Under the pieces are notes generated by a model. The model saw only the letters and a list, made by a program, of their open reading frames with translations. It was not told where the DNA came from and searched no databases. From positions 38,074,401 through 38,138,400 of the forward strand of contig CM120641.1 of the NCBI GenBank assembly GCA_051362555.1: a DNA stretch of 64,000 nucleotides. Reading direction: 5' to 3'. Numbering within the stretch: position 1 is the stretch's first letter; each line of letters opens with the position of its first letter. Position numbers and translations under genes: made by a program. Below are positions 27,701-42,700 of the stretch, one piece after another. This DNA comes from Lingula anatina. Taxonomy: Eukaryota > Animalia > Brachiopoda.

Positions 27701-30700
27701 CAGAAAGACTTTTCATAATCTTTAACTGTTGTCTTACACTTTCAGGGACAAACTGAAGATAAAATGTAAGGAAAAGCTTCCACCAGATGAGTGCAGTTAT
27801 TGGTCCTAACTCCAACTATAAGAAGCACCACAATCACACCTTTCCCCCTGTGCTGTCCCTCTTTGTTGGGACCCACATTCCACCCACCCACACACCCACC
27901 CTGTACTTACCCTCTTTGATGTGGGCACCTCTATAGGGACTGGGGCCACTCCAGCAGCTAGGCAGCCATAAAAAGCGCAGATAAAGGAACTTGGGTCATG
28001 GTTTGGATATACTAATGCAACCTGAAACATACCACAAAATCATGACAAATACATGCATTGTTTTTACCATGCTGTGTATTCATTTTCGGGGAATACTGAT
28101 ACTGTTGTGATAGTGACAAAACATAAAAGGAAACATCAAATGTAAGTAGAATCCACAAAAAAAATGTCATTTTCCTCATCTCACATCAAGTTTATGTCAT
28201 CTCTCAATTCAAATCCCTTTTTTTTTTTAGATCTAATGTATCAATATGGTTACTTACAAGTTTATTTATTCACATCAAACAATACAACATAAAAACATAA
28301 GAGTCACAATCCCACTTACTCTATCACCTGGCTTCACCCCTGGGTCCACCTTGCTACCTATCTTGTGTAACAAGTTGTAGGCTATTTTCTGAGTCCTACT
28401 CAATAATTTTCCTAAAGGTGAAAAAAATGAGTACAAAATAAGGTATCATAAATCTCCATCTATCTCAATTCCCTGCACCAAGTTTACATGACCCTAAACA
28501 ACCGAGGGACTATTATCTTTTAAGGCAGGTGCAGCCAAGGCTATTTATGAGACACTGGAATGCCAAATCAACCTAAAACACATAAATGACCTGGTATATG
28601 CTCACTTTTGATTTATTACAGCTGCCATGTTGCACTGCGGGTAAGAAAAGGGTAAACATAAAGATCTGATATCTTTTTGAGATATGTGGATTCAAAATAG
28701 TTCAGCATTAACAATAGTTGAACTGAGAGTGGTTCTTCGTTTCGCTTACCGTATGTGAGAGTGGACGTGGGCCTCCCATTCTGGTCTAGTGTGGTAACAG
28801 CTGCAGCTTTATAAGAGGCAGATCCATACCTCTGGACTGCAGCTTCTAGGTTTCTGGGCAACCCAGATGGAATCTGGAGATAGAATAGCAAAGTAAGGAT
28901 AGCAATTTGAAACCACAAATTTAAGGACGTAATCTGGGATTCTTTACGTAATCTGGGATTCTTTGTGTAATCTGGGATTCTATAAGCAAACCATAGGGAA
29001 CCTTGAAAGTATTATTGATAAAGTTAATAGTTAAATGTAACTTTAAATTAACAGTATTCCACTCACGATTAACTGCTCCCCAATGGCAGGAGAGATGGTG
29101 CTGCCCTCTGGCTTGGGGGCATTTGGATCTGATGGTGGGACTATGACACAAGGGAGAAGAAAAAAATTAATGATCTTTTTATGTTCTTATATCTAATGAA
29201 TACATATTGACACTTATACATGTAACAGGTTTACTAAAATTTATTTATAATGAAGAAATTCTTGATTTTTTAAAAATTTCATTTAAAAATCATTTTAACA
29301 CAATATAAAGTGTGGTGTCCATAGTGAAGAAAATCAAAATTAAAGTGACCTAATCTTACCTTGGAGTTCATCTTCATCATCTACAAAATATTCTTTTAAT
29401 GGCTTTCTCTTGGGCCTCTGAAATTGATGTTCAAAATGTGTTCATATATAAAATAGTTCTTTATTTATTTTATGTACTAACTGCAAAGTCCTCTGACAAA
29501 AATTCAATATGATATTAAGTTGACTGAGAATTGAACACTGTATACCTAATCACTTCAATTCATGTGAAGAGATCTCTGATAATTTATCAGGGTCCATGGC
29601 TTACCTTTAATGTATTGAGCAACTGTTGAATCTTAGCAGAAACTTTGCCATGACTCTTACCTAGAGAAAAAAAATACAAAACACATTTAGCACTGTCTGT
29701 TGCTACTCAAGGCTATGATAAGTATCTTTTACACTGAATACTTTTTCATAACACCTTTCTCTCCTTGCTTTCATTTTCAGCACATTAATATATGTTCCCT
29801 CATCAAATAATAATAAGAACTCTTCTCAACCAATTTATTCTCATGAACATGATCAATAAAACTATATTAACAGCCACTGCTCACTCATATCTATCCAAGA
29901 ATAAGTTCTTCAAGAGTAGTTCAATTTGACAGATGAGGCCTATTAAAAGTTCATGGCTGTCAGACAGTTGACATACGCTTATACTTATGGGATTTGCCCA
30001 TCCAATTAAAAACTATCCAGCCCTTAGATATTGTAGAAACAAAATGTACCAGTCGCTAAACAAATGCCTGTTTAGTACCTTTTTGAAATTTCCAATTAGG
30101 TTTACTGATCATGAGCTATCCTGCAGGTTATTCACCTGTTTACATTATTATTTTCATTATCAAGATCTGCTGCTATGGTAATATCAGCTTATTCACTCCA
30201 GTAATCTGCTAGACTCTTCTCTAGGTAATTCTCTCATCTTGAACCATGCATTATCATTACAATAATGTCTAAAATCAATCACAGCTAAAGCCCACGCAAT
30301 AACCACCCCAACAGTTACTTCAGTCTAGGTACTCACTTTCATCAGACATCCCTGTGACAGCACCAGAATGTGACACACGCACGGAGGACACGTGTGCATG
30401 ACTTTGAGCATTGTATCGTTGCTGCACGCGGTCTGCACGGGTCAGAGTGCTGGTGTTGCTGGTAATATCTGGGGGCTGCTGGAAATTTTGGCCTGGAATA
30501 TATTTCAGTTAACGTTATCAGTACCCAATTCCTTGTTTCTCAGCACATAGCCAAACCAAGCTTATAATACCACATGTATATATGAATGATGAGGATACTA
30601 CAAATTTACTCAGACAGCCAGAAATATGTGCAGCTAACTGTGACAATCTACCAAAATAATGTGTTGCTGAAATCCACTTAATCATAGAAAAGAACATAAC

Positions 30701-33700
30701 AGCAATGAGCACTGCTCTTTTACATTTAATATTGATAACCAAGAAATAATCACAGGTCAACACAACAACCACTGAAGATCAACACAAAAGCATTGCATAT
30801 ATATATATATTAGTAAAGGGGACAACTGATATATTACCTGGGGTGGATTCCCTCATAACATCAGCTAAGCCCCCCTTGGATCCTGGAATATTCAGTATGG
30901 CATAGGCACTACCTCTCCTGGGCTCTATCCGTACTCCCTGTGGACGTAAATGCTGGGAAGAGGAGGAGGAAGAGGGCGTCTGGTCACCACTTCCACGCCT
31001 AGAGCGGTCATCATCAAATACACTGTCATCATCTGATGAAGAGTCTGGAAGAAAGATTCAGATATTATTACTACATATATTTACATACACACACATTTTT
31101 CAATTGCAATGCACCTGCACATATGGATCACTGCTTATTTTATCCTTGGGAATTTTCCTGTAATTCAAATACAGACATATCAAACATTGTAAGCAAATAA
31201 TAATAATTTCATCGTTTCTATGCTGCCCCTTCCTCCCATACTTCTATTTGATATTTGTTAATACATAACTAATGCAAAAATGGACGTGAAATGGTTTAAA
31301 TCTAAAAAAAATATATTGAATCAACTGAAAGATGAAATTCAGATTCCAGCATGTATCCATAAGAGTGCTATTTACACTTGACCTTTTATGTATTTTAAAT
31401 TATATCCTATTCATTTCACACTTTCATATCATAACCCTACACCTGTCTTAGGTGAGTGAATAAAAGAGAACAGGTGTGAGAGTCTATGTAATCACGAATT
31501 TCAAAATAAAATGAAAACTAAGGAAAAACAGAATATATCTATAACCATATATCACTTATTTATCAACAAGGTACCTATCAATAAACACAATAACCTTTCC
31601 TCTGCTATACCCCTCTTTTTTACCTTTCTTAATATCCAGAATTTTAATGGGTGAAAGCCCTTGCATTCCCTGGTCTGTCATATTCTTCTCTACACTGTTA
31701 ACATTAAGTCACCCTCAAAATCAATATCACACCACAGAGCAACCCAAAGAGAAAAAACACTCTCTAGATGCTGTAGGAAAGCAAACAGAAATCCAATTTC
31801 AAGTCATTTCCATAGAAGAAGTATATGCTTTGTCAGAGATAATGTGTATTATTTCAATGGTTTTATGTCCTTCACGTCTTCATATTATCTCTTTTCTATC
31901 TAGAATAATTTGTATTTAAGCTTCTCAATGGTGAATAATTTGAGACTGGACATGATCAATTCTTAGTATTTTTCAAATCATAGCTATCAAAAAGGCTGAT
32001 TATTTATGTTCATGACACTGGCATTTGCGTGCCGTCAATTTCAATTTTGAAATGAGCCCTCTTCACACAAAGGTTCTATGTACCCAGTGGCAAGCAAACT
32101 GATACACACAATGAAATAAAAGGACATAATGCACTAAAATGAACAAAATGTATAATGTCATGTTTATCAGGAGAGAGTAAAGTAATCACACAGTAGATAC
32201 ATTAATAGTTGATAACCCACACTGCATACTTACAAAGCCAACGATTTCGCAAGAGAGTGCCTGAAAGTGTGGAAGAATTCCTTCCTGTCAATAATAAAGA
32301 GAATTATCATTATCTCTTTTTCATTTTGATGAAAAATTCTCTTTACTGGTATGTTTACCACAAATATATATTGTGTCCTAACGATAAAAATTTAAGCTAT
32401 ACAGGGACAAAATTTTGGCTTACAGCTATGACCACTTTCCTATCAAGCTCAAAATAAATTAGGAAAAATTTTAGGGGAACAAATGTCTTCTTTGTAGATC
32501 AAAAGAGTTTCTCACATCATCCTGTTCTATAATCTGCAGAATTGCTAGTTGTCGATTTTAATCTCATCAATTCATAATAAATGTTTTTTCAGGAAAGAGT
32601 AATTATGTCTTTTGAGAAAATAGGTTAACTATTCTACAAGAGCCCCCCTTCCTATCCCTTCTTATTATCTTACCTTGTGTCATTACAGAGACACACACCT
32701 TCAACACCTGGCCAAGGTTATTAAATACAAATATGATCTTTAAACCTCACTCAACATTATAACACTAATCACTTCCTATACCAATAAAGACATGTTGGTC
32801 TACTTGGGCACCAGCTCCTTAGCCCATATGGCCTAATATCCTGGCCTAAGTGTGTAATCCTATCCCACTTAAGCATGCCACCCAAACAGGTGCAAGAACA
32901 TTTCTGCTGTTACAGTGTTCAGGTAGAACTTCAACAAGCAGGAGAAACCCCAAATACACATTAACTATCAGGGGTTCCTGTCTAGCCTCCAGTGCCTTCA
33001 TAATATAATTAAAGAAGTAGGCCAGAGTTATAAAACTCTTTGTTTACCGTGACATTTATCCTTCATAGAAGGCTTGTTGTGTCTAGGTGAAGTTATTCTA
33101 ATGTTTACCTTTAGACTGTTTGTTTAGTAGTTATTACCAATCATGCAGACAGCATTGCAGTCAAACTGGTTTCCCTTACTTTAAGGAAAGATATGTCATT
33201 GCAGACATGCAGATATATTAAGATATAACAGTCTGAGTTAAAGTCTTGCATGTGAAGGTGTGTCACTTAGACCCTGTTTCACTGATTAACTGTACAGCAT
33301 GCCTTATGCTATATTCACCCTGGAAATCAGATATAGCACCTGGTCGCAATCACATATACTTACATTCATAGAGAATGAGTGACCGCAAAGAGGAATCCAT
33401 GACTGTTGCAATGTTCCGAGCAGATACATACAATAAATGTCAGGAACTCTCCCACAAGACCACGCAAGTTCATCTTAAAGTCAGTTTCCTCATTTTCCCA
33501 GACAAGTTGAACCAGTGATGCCATACACTACATATGCGGTATGCTGGTAAGATTTGCAGGCATATTAAAAATGACCTTCAGTCTTCCCAGCATCAATTTT
33601 CAGCCTAGCTGGAAGCAAGGCACCAAAAAGTAACAGTTTCCTCTGAGCAATGGCTTATATCAGCTTACACCAGCTCACATATATCTTTATCCCAAATTGA

Positions 33701-36700
33701 CACCCTTTACAATAGAACTTGAAAACAAAACACAGACGTCTGTGCATGCGTGAGCGACTAACGAAATCCATCCATCCTTCCCTGCAGATTGTTTAGCTCC
33801 TTCTCCTTGCTGCTAATTAATAAGATGACAAGGATGCACATGTTAACATCAGTTAGGGGCATTGACAGCTCACTGGAAGATTTGTGAAGAAGAAGGGATC
33901 CTGCCTTCAGTGCCAGAGAGGGAGGAATTCACAGAAAACACCCACCTACTGGGTTCTTTTGAGATGTGGTGGTAAAAAAAACGAGATAATATGTTGATTA
34001 CTGACTCGGGTTAAAAATATAGAAAGGCACAAGAAGGAGGGTATCTCACAGGGTTCTGGAAAATTTTTACCTGGCAATCAAAACTACAATTTTTCCTCTT
34101 TCTTTAAACATAACAAAAATTTTAATAACCCATCAGTGAGAGGTTTTTAAGCCTACTGAAGTAGGTACATGTAGTGCTCATCTGATAAACAAGAATAACA
34201 TTCTGGTTTCTCTGATTCAAGTATGAAGAAAAATATGCGTAACATTCTATAAACCCAAAGTTTAGTCTAATAATAAAAAGTGAATTAGAGGTTACTCTGG
34301 GTTAACAGATCTCTATCTCTCAAAACAACAAGCTTTGGCTGAATAAATCCCTGTGGAAATAAATCACATAACACCCCACAGCTCATCCCAACAATCATAA
34401 CAAAAATTAACTGAAATGTCAACTTCCAATATTTTGCTACAAAGAGGTCCCGATCTTCAACCTTCAGAGCTTCAACTTCCAGTGTAAAATCACTGAAAAG
34501 AATTATGTATCAAAAACATAGCCCAACCATACCAACAACAGTGTCAGTGTTACCGTCCATTTTTGACATTCTCTCCTATTATCCCTGGTGCAGGTATAGT
34601 GACAACTAATATAGACAGAGTTCATATGTGTTACAGATATAAGTGACCTAGCTCCATAAATTTAAGTCAGCCCCTCCTATGATAAAAACAGAAACCACAA
34701 AATCTTCTTTTTTTTTGTTTTTTGTTTAGGAATGTTTTTACAAAAGACCTCAAACTGAATAGAGATCTAAGTTAAAATAGTTTTAGGTGTGGGATCCTCT
34801 GTTACTGATGATATACTGCTTTTTCCATAAGTCTGGCTCAATCAGATATTTCTCCAACTCACTTTACAAGTCCTGTGAAAATGAACTGGCTCATAAAAAA
34901 AGACAAAAAATAATAATAAAATAAAAATTAACTTTTACTAACACTAATCAAAATGTCTCAAAAGAGAAAGCAATTTTTGAAAATAGCATTATTCTGAGAC
35001 CATGTTTATGAGGAAAAAAAATCCAATAAAACAAGCCTACAAAAAAGGACCTAAAAACCAGAATTAGGTACCTCCTAAGAACAGCAACCATGTATTTGCC
35101 TGAGGGTCTTCGCCAACCTACCGACTTTGGTTTATATTGGGAACACAGCACAGCACAGCACACAGCAATTATGCCCCACACAATATAATGAAACACATAA
35201 ATACATTTTCATTGGGCTTAATGAACTCATTTGGCAACAACATTCATGCCAAGGAATCCGAGGAAAGAGATTAACCTAATAACCTGCAACAAATTACAAA
35301 TATTTATAAACCTGGATAACATAAACTGTGGTCTTAGTGCTAAAACTGTATCAAGCAAACATCTCCATTAACATCAGACAAAAGAAAAAAAAACATTCAA
35401 AATACTAGAGACAACTTGAAATTCAAACTGTTGCCATCAATCCATAATTATATCCCCACAGCCTTTTTTTCTACAACTGGATTTCCCTTCTAGCATGAAG
35501 TCTCTCATCCGAATAACAAAGATAAGAGGGCAACCAACCTAATATGCATCACTACAGTGCATTTATCAAATGCTATTTTGTCTGTGGTACATATATTTTT
35601 ACAATGATTCTATATCCCCTGGCTAGTGAATATCATTACTACAGGTCTTTAAGCATTCTTGTAACAATATTCAGTTTAAACTAACTTTTCAACTCAGAGA
35701 TATAATTTTAATCAAAATTTGGCTCAGGATCTCCTACAAAGCACAAGACTCAGCCATCCTTAATCATGACAATGCAATTCCATGCTGTCATGTGTGTCTA
35801 TGACTAACCCATCTTCAAACCTTGTATCCTTGGCAAGCTGCCACTACTTACACTTCCCTGTGCTCATAATGCAAATAACACTTTTTTTTCAGTCACATTC
35901 ACATCCAGGCTATCTTAAACCAGATATCCTCTAACTAACATCACTTATGCTCATATTATATAATAAATATGATTGAAATTAATAATTTTAATTTTTAATC
36001 AATGATAGGGCATCTATTGGACCACATCAAGTCAACGTTAATAAGTCTCAAATGGAATGACTGTCCAAGCAGGTTGTCTGGGTATGATTACATTATTATA
36101 GGTAGCCAATCTAATCCTTCTGTCCCAACCACAGCCACCATAACCCCAAAGGTCTTATGTCTAGTTATGATTAGGTCACTACAGGTAGCCAATCTAATCC
36201 TGTTGTCCTACCACATACTACTCTCTTCCTAATCCAGCCAAATCTTGAATGATTTTATGCCAAGTTGTAAGACTTTAGACTATCTTTTATGATTCTCATA
36301 GAAGCAAATCACAAACTGTTAGATTGACTTCTTTTGGCAAGCTGATCATAATTATATGGTCTGCTGAAATTTCTGATGTTCCCTGAAAGGCTGCTTCGAA
36401 TTGACTGAAAACAACTGTAGTTCAGATGTGAACATAGCCCAGCTCACCCATTTAATTTGTAGAAGTCTATCCAAATATATGCAGTCCATCTTCATACATT
36501 TGGACAATCACATTACCCTGGTTGGCATATAAAACTAAGAAATAATTCCCCAGTGACATTCTTTACCTGTTCCCCTTCGCTGTTCTCTTCTGTTCGGACT
36601 GTATGCTGACACTCTCTTGGAAGGCAGAGGCATAACAGGTACTCGGGGTCCATGGAGAGCCAGAGCCTGCATTACTGCTTCTGTGCGGATTTCTATAAAA

Positions 36701-39700
36701 AAGACAATGCAAAAATTAAACTATGTGATGAAATCCCATAAAAACAACAGACTTCAACCATGAACTGTAATACCAGTATTTCAGCATATTAGTGAATATT
36801 TTCCACTTCTTGCATTTGGATCACACACCAAGTGCAAATGTCTATTCCTAGAACTGATAAAAGAGTAAAATCAAAACCTACATCTTTGATATTTGGATGC
36901 AGATCAATGAGTTGCTTGAGATCACCACAATCACTAGGAAAAAACATCATAAAACAGAATATTTCATCCTTCATCATTGCATTTCTGAATGCCAAATGTG
37001 ACATAAATTCCCTGAAGGGAATGTATAATAGGGTGGATGTGTATTAGTTGTACCCTTAAAATTGGAAATCAATTTTCTCGGTGAAATCTCCATGTCTCTG
37101 TCCATGACGTAAGGAGAAGACTAAACACCTAAAGCATGCTTACATGCAGCTGCCTAGGGAGGATGCAGTGTTCTATGCACCTGATCACAGGAACTTACTG
37201 ATGTCAGCGCAAAAGCATGCATTAAAACTGACCTCTCCCTGCCCTAATGTTCAATTTGAGGTTTATCTAATGACATATTTTTTACTCTTATTCATTCAAT
37301 GTTAAACACTTATGGATGTGCTTAACATCTGCTGTTCAGTCGTTACCTATATATTCATATTACAGAGGAAAAGGGACAAAAAATATTTATACAGCATATT
37401 GTGTAGAGTTCACACTGTCTAGACTCTGCACAGTTGTATATTAAATTCAAGAATGCATGCTTGACTTCATAATTTCATAGCCAACCACTAAGCCTCCCTT
37501 ACATTGGTAATTCCATGTTGATTTTTTATTGTGACATTTACAAAACTTAAGTACCAAAGGAGATCGATTCACATGCACTAGTGCATAAAACATTTATATT
37601 TTACCCTAATGAAAGCAGCATGAAATTCTTTTGTTCTGGTAAGATATTATTAGGTCACTTAGATGCCAACCACTGCAGTAAAAGGGGGGTGTGTTGAGGT
37701 CATTCTATTTGATATAATTCACATGTCTGCGATAGGCTATAACTGGTACTATATACTATTGAGCACGCAATAACAATATAACTTCTACCCTGCAAGTGTG
37801 ACATTGCAAGTTCTTATACATATGGATCAAAAGCCATTTCACCAACATATATACAGGCAAGTGCTCTCATCAATACAATGTATCCTATGTTAACTATACA
37901 AGTGCTCTCATCAATACAATGTATTCTATGTTCACTATTAAGAAAGTTGAAAGCCTTTGGCTAAACAGTGTTGGAAAACAGAATCTTGTGTTAACATTGA
38001 AAACACTGCATGCACTACAAAACTACAAGACACTTTCGACTGAACTGTCTACCCACAATCAATATTTTCACAAGTCCGACACAAAACCTCTCATTTTCTA
38101 CTGATATTGTGCAGTGAAATGCCCATGCACTGTGCACAACAAACCAAAAAATGTATGATGTTGTTTAAGTTATAGATAGGAGAAACATGATGCCTTTCCC
38201 TCTCAAGTGCCATGAAATCATGCATCTGGCCTTGTCTTAACCCCTGGAAACTATTGCTGGAAATTGTTTTTCAGGTTTGACCTTGTACATATATATGTAT
38301 CTGCTGGTATCTATGAACCCAGACTTCCTAAACATTATCAGAAGAGAGAAAGGAATGCCCATGCTCTCCATAGGATATTACTGACCATACAGGTAACTAA
38401 GGTAGTTTGATGAAGGATAAATATTCTATTACACGTTCAGACTTTTGAATTATACTCTGTACCTCTTGTAAATTGAAAGACTTTATTTGGTCAAATTACA
38501 ATTTCAATCATCTATACTGCTTATTAATGGCAGCAAGTTAACGTACTTGAGCCTGTTCAGTCAAGAAAGAAACTAGAATGATATGCACGAATTTCAAGAA
38601 ATGTCACCAATTTTCCGTTTTTACTTTTTCTCCTTCTCTTAAAAAAGAAACTAAAGCAGGAACAAGTAAAAAAGAACACCACTTGTTTATATAAAAAATA
38701 ACAATTCACTAAGAGACTTTAGACTTTGAATTAGACTAACTTACAGCAGCAGATGGCAAGATTACATAGAGGTTTCACTAGCTCTAAGATAAATCAATCT
38801 GGTCATCTGCTGACTTTGGTTAGTTGTATAACTTTAGTTGTCTAAAGCTGCCCACATGTGATTCTGTCCTGTTATTCCAGTGTCCCCATACTCACCTGAC
38901 TGGTACCTGTTATCCTCCCGCGTGGCTCGTCTGGATGCCTTGCGCTGGGCTGCTGTGGCCGGGCTGGGGTTCTGTGGACCCGATACAGCTGTAAACAAAA
39001 ATGGGCATAGCTTAATTGGCGTCTTTTTTCACAGCAAATGATTGATTGATCTGAGCAGTGTAGTTGGTGCTATATGGGTTTACAATACATGCATGTACTC
39101 AATATTACAATAACACTGGTAAAATTCAGTCTTGCTAAAATACAAACTAATGCTAAGTTCTACTGGTAAAAATCAGGCTTGCTAGAATAGGAGTTTAAAA
39201 AGTAAATCAATCTATCAGGTTGAGGGAAACTTTCAGTCAGTATAATGCACACATATCTGGCCATATGTCACACATGCTTCCTGTTTGTACAGACAGCTGA
39301 AGTAGAAACCTATCCCCCTCCTATTAACCATACTCCATATACCACAATATCATACAATGACCAATCCGGAGAAAAATTGTGAATAGCGACAGATGTGCAA
39401 CTACTTCAATTCTATTCATTCCTGATAAATTCTTATCATGGGGAAATATGGTCAAAATTAAATCTCAATCAAATATGGTTTTTGCCCTGAGCAACTTAAT
39501 TGAAATATTAAATGTGGATAAGTAGGGTCTTGTATGACCTAACAGAGGGTACCTTTATTAGTTCTTCATAAATTTTTTTCTAAGTGAATGTCTACATCAG
39601 ATTAGCATTCATGACGCTAACTTTTAATTGATAAAGTGCGATATAAAACAATGTTCTTTATACAGAAAAAAGCCTGCTTCTTCCAATAAATTTTTCTTGA

Positions 39701-42700
39701 TGAAAATGATTGCAATACAGTGAAACGTAAAGCAATCAAATGTGTGTATGGCATGCAAGTCAATCTGTAATTAAGAACCAAATCATGTCTATGACATCTA
39801 GATTGTAATATTTTAAGGTAATGGGACATTTACCAAAATGAGGCACTTGTAACAATGAAAAAACATGATAATTAATGAACAACATGTCTATTTGGCCCAT
39901 TCTACCTTTTGTTACAGCCCCGCTGGCCATATATGGTTGAAGTAGGCGAGCCCGTTTCTTCTCAAACCCCTTTTGTGTGATGTCTCCTGAAATAGAAAGA
40001 AAATCAATAGTGAAAAGAAAGTTCAAACTGTAAGCTGTTGAATAATGGAGAGATGCTGTTGTATATAAGCTAGGATTTATGAGGGTAAAAAGGACAACTT
40101 GTTCAAATATGACATAAATTTCTATTTCATAACATAACATCAGTCTAATTTGTAGATACATTCAGTATGTATACAGTAGAAACACTGTTACCTTAATGTA
40201 TACAGAATTTTTTCCTCAACTGATTAAAACATATCATTTTACATAATTTAAATCCATACCATCACTTGTACGACAGACATCATACCAGTCATCAATAATA
40301 TTATAATTATTATAATTATAATTAAATCTTCTCATTGATGATTTTAAATAATATTAATAATGAGTTATTTAAAGCCACCCTCCACAGTCATTTCAGAGCT
40401 GTATGCAATACAAAGGTTTAAACTCTAAATTCCAAAACATACCATCTAAAATTACCAATTATACACATTCTTAATCATGTATCATTTCAAGTATACCAGG
40501 AAATGCTCAATGCAGGCAAAATGAAACCATCCTTCTCTCACAATCAGGAGGTATTCTGTAAACAACAGTGTGCCACCATTTTGACTGAGTTAAAGCACCA
40601 CCCTCATCAGCATACTTCACACCATCACCAACAGCTTTATTTCTATCAACACCTGTCTACCATTAACATTCTCACTGTTCAAGAACACTGTGGCTGAACC
40701 TCAATTTGGCCAAAAATGTCAGGTGAAGTGACACAGGTCTGTTTTTCTCCAATTTTACTGATCACCATTATCACTGCTATTTGCAATGGATGGCTAACAA
40801 GACTAACAGCAGACCATGACATAGAAAAGTCCATGTGAGAAGACACAAGACAAAGGAATAGACAGAAAGTCTGATCAAAATCTCCTAAGAGTAAAATGTT
40901 AATGACCACCTGCCATACTGCTAAACTGCTTATCTCAAGAACAACAGTAACATAGACATGGTTGAAATGCATGGGTGTTTGGACCACAGAAACCAAGTGG
41001 GTCTCATTGCCAAACCTAAACATTAGGCCAGAGAACTGCCTGAGGATCAACTTTTTTTTTAAAGAGAAGCTATACTTGGAATCTTTATTTTGACTGTTTT
41101 ATCTCTAGGTTAAGGTCAAAATGTATTTTGATCCAGATTTTGGTGAAAGCAGTCTGGTTTTATGTGGGGCACATTCATCTATATCTGAGTTTTGAAAAAT
41201 AATATTTTACCAGACAAATAAATGGCAATGTGATACAAAGTAATCTACAAGTAAATCCACACTTTCTGTATCTTATATTTTTCATGCTACTTATCATTAC
41301 ATCTATCAAATTAAGCAATATATAACTAACAATATTGAAAAGGGTTCCATAACTACTCTAGTCACTCAAACAGAAGCAAAAAAACCATAATATTATTTGG
41401 ACTTCATATTTAATAAACATGGTTGCAACGGTTACATATCTTTAATCAAAGACATTCATGAAAACATAGGTGGCTGAGCAACATAAATCAGACATGAGAC
41501 AGTCTTTTGATAAAATCTGGGTAAATATTCACTTAAGTTTCAGACATCAACACAAACATAAAGGATGCATTTTCCATTCCATCATTTTCTTTACCTTCAT
41601 CTATCCTAAAATAAAACACAACAACTCACTTTTCTTTTACTTTGCAGGCTGACAAGGCCCAAAATAAGTCATGCTACAGTCTGGAATCTCTCAGTCTGTC
41701 CCCACCAAAACAAATAAGACTTGCCCTACATATTGTCCTGAATGGTACTTTATCCACGAGACAAAATGTAACATTACACTAATACAGACTACATGTCATC
41801 ATATAGTGAAAGAACTGCAGGATATTGTATTCAATGGAAATTAAACCATTAAACATATAAAGCATACATCATTACACTTAATGTGACATTCAAGCTAACC
41901 ATCCCCATAATGATCCACAATGAAGGATGGACATTGTTTCCTGCTAATAGAATATTTATCAAAGGAGTTCCATCTTCCATATAAGAGACAGGTTTAACGA
42001 CAGGATACACTCTATACTTCTCAGTTCTTTAATGACATGTTGTAACATAGACTCTTCAGGTGATACCTTGTTAGAACAGATCCTTCTCCCAGCAAATTAT
42101 GTACCTGCGACCAGCAAAAACTCAAAAATATATCATCCACTCATCATAATGATAACCTTTCAATTCAATCATCAAGCCAAACACCTCCATTTAAAACAAG
42201 TCAAACATTTGCTATAAATATTAAGAGGCACAGAAAGTCTGTAGCTTCAGGGCATGATCCCATTATATTAGAAATGTAGATCTTCATCTTTGGTATCCTC
42301 CTTCCTAAGTAACAGACAGAGGGTCTCTCATATGATGTTGAGTAACAGTGGTGTCTAGCATGGGTCTTCTAGCTTTGATGTGTGTGTGTAACAGACTGTA
42401 ACCTGCTGTGTAATGGGTTACAGAGGTTCTTGGGTGCTACAGGTCTGGGAAAGGTGATGTCCTCAACAAAAACTAACACAAAATGTCAAAATTATGAGAC
42501 ATTAACCATTTCTACATGTATTTCAATTTGAACTTTGTGAATAAATATTTCAAGTACAATTTGCATGTTCTATATAGATTCACAAAACTGTGAGATAGGG
42601 TAAGTAGACTTTAAAGAAAATCAAATAAAATAACCTAATATAAACTAAATCCTATATTTTCAAAACTATCCTAAACAACATGACCATGTATCCCATCAAA

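Noticed and set aside
34948-35196. 82-aa hydrophobic ORF in a DIP2 intron
   Set aside because: Non-ATG start, low-complexity gtgct repeats and no convincing in-phase splice sites.
37144-37180. 37-nt pseudo-exon with a gtaagc donor in a DIP2 intron
   Set aside because: Frameshifting, has an immediate stop in the expected phase and a weak acceptor.
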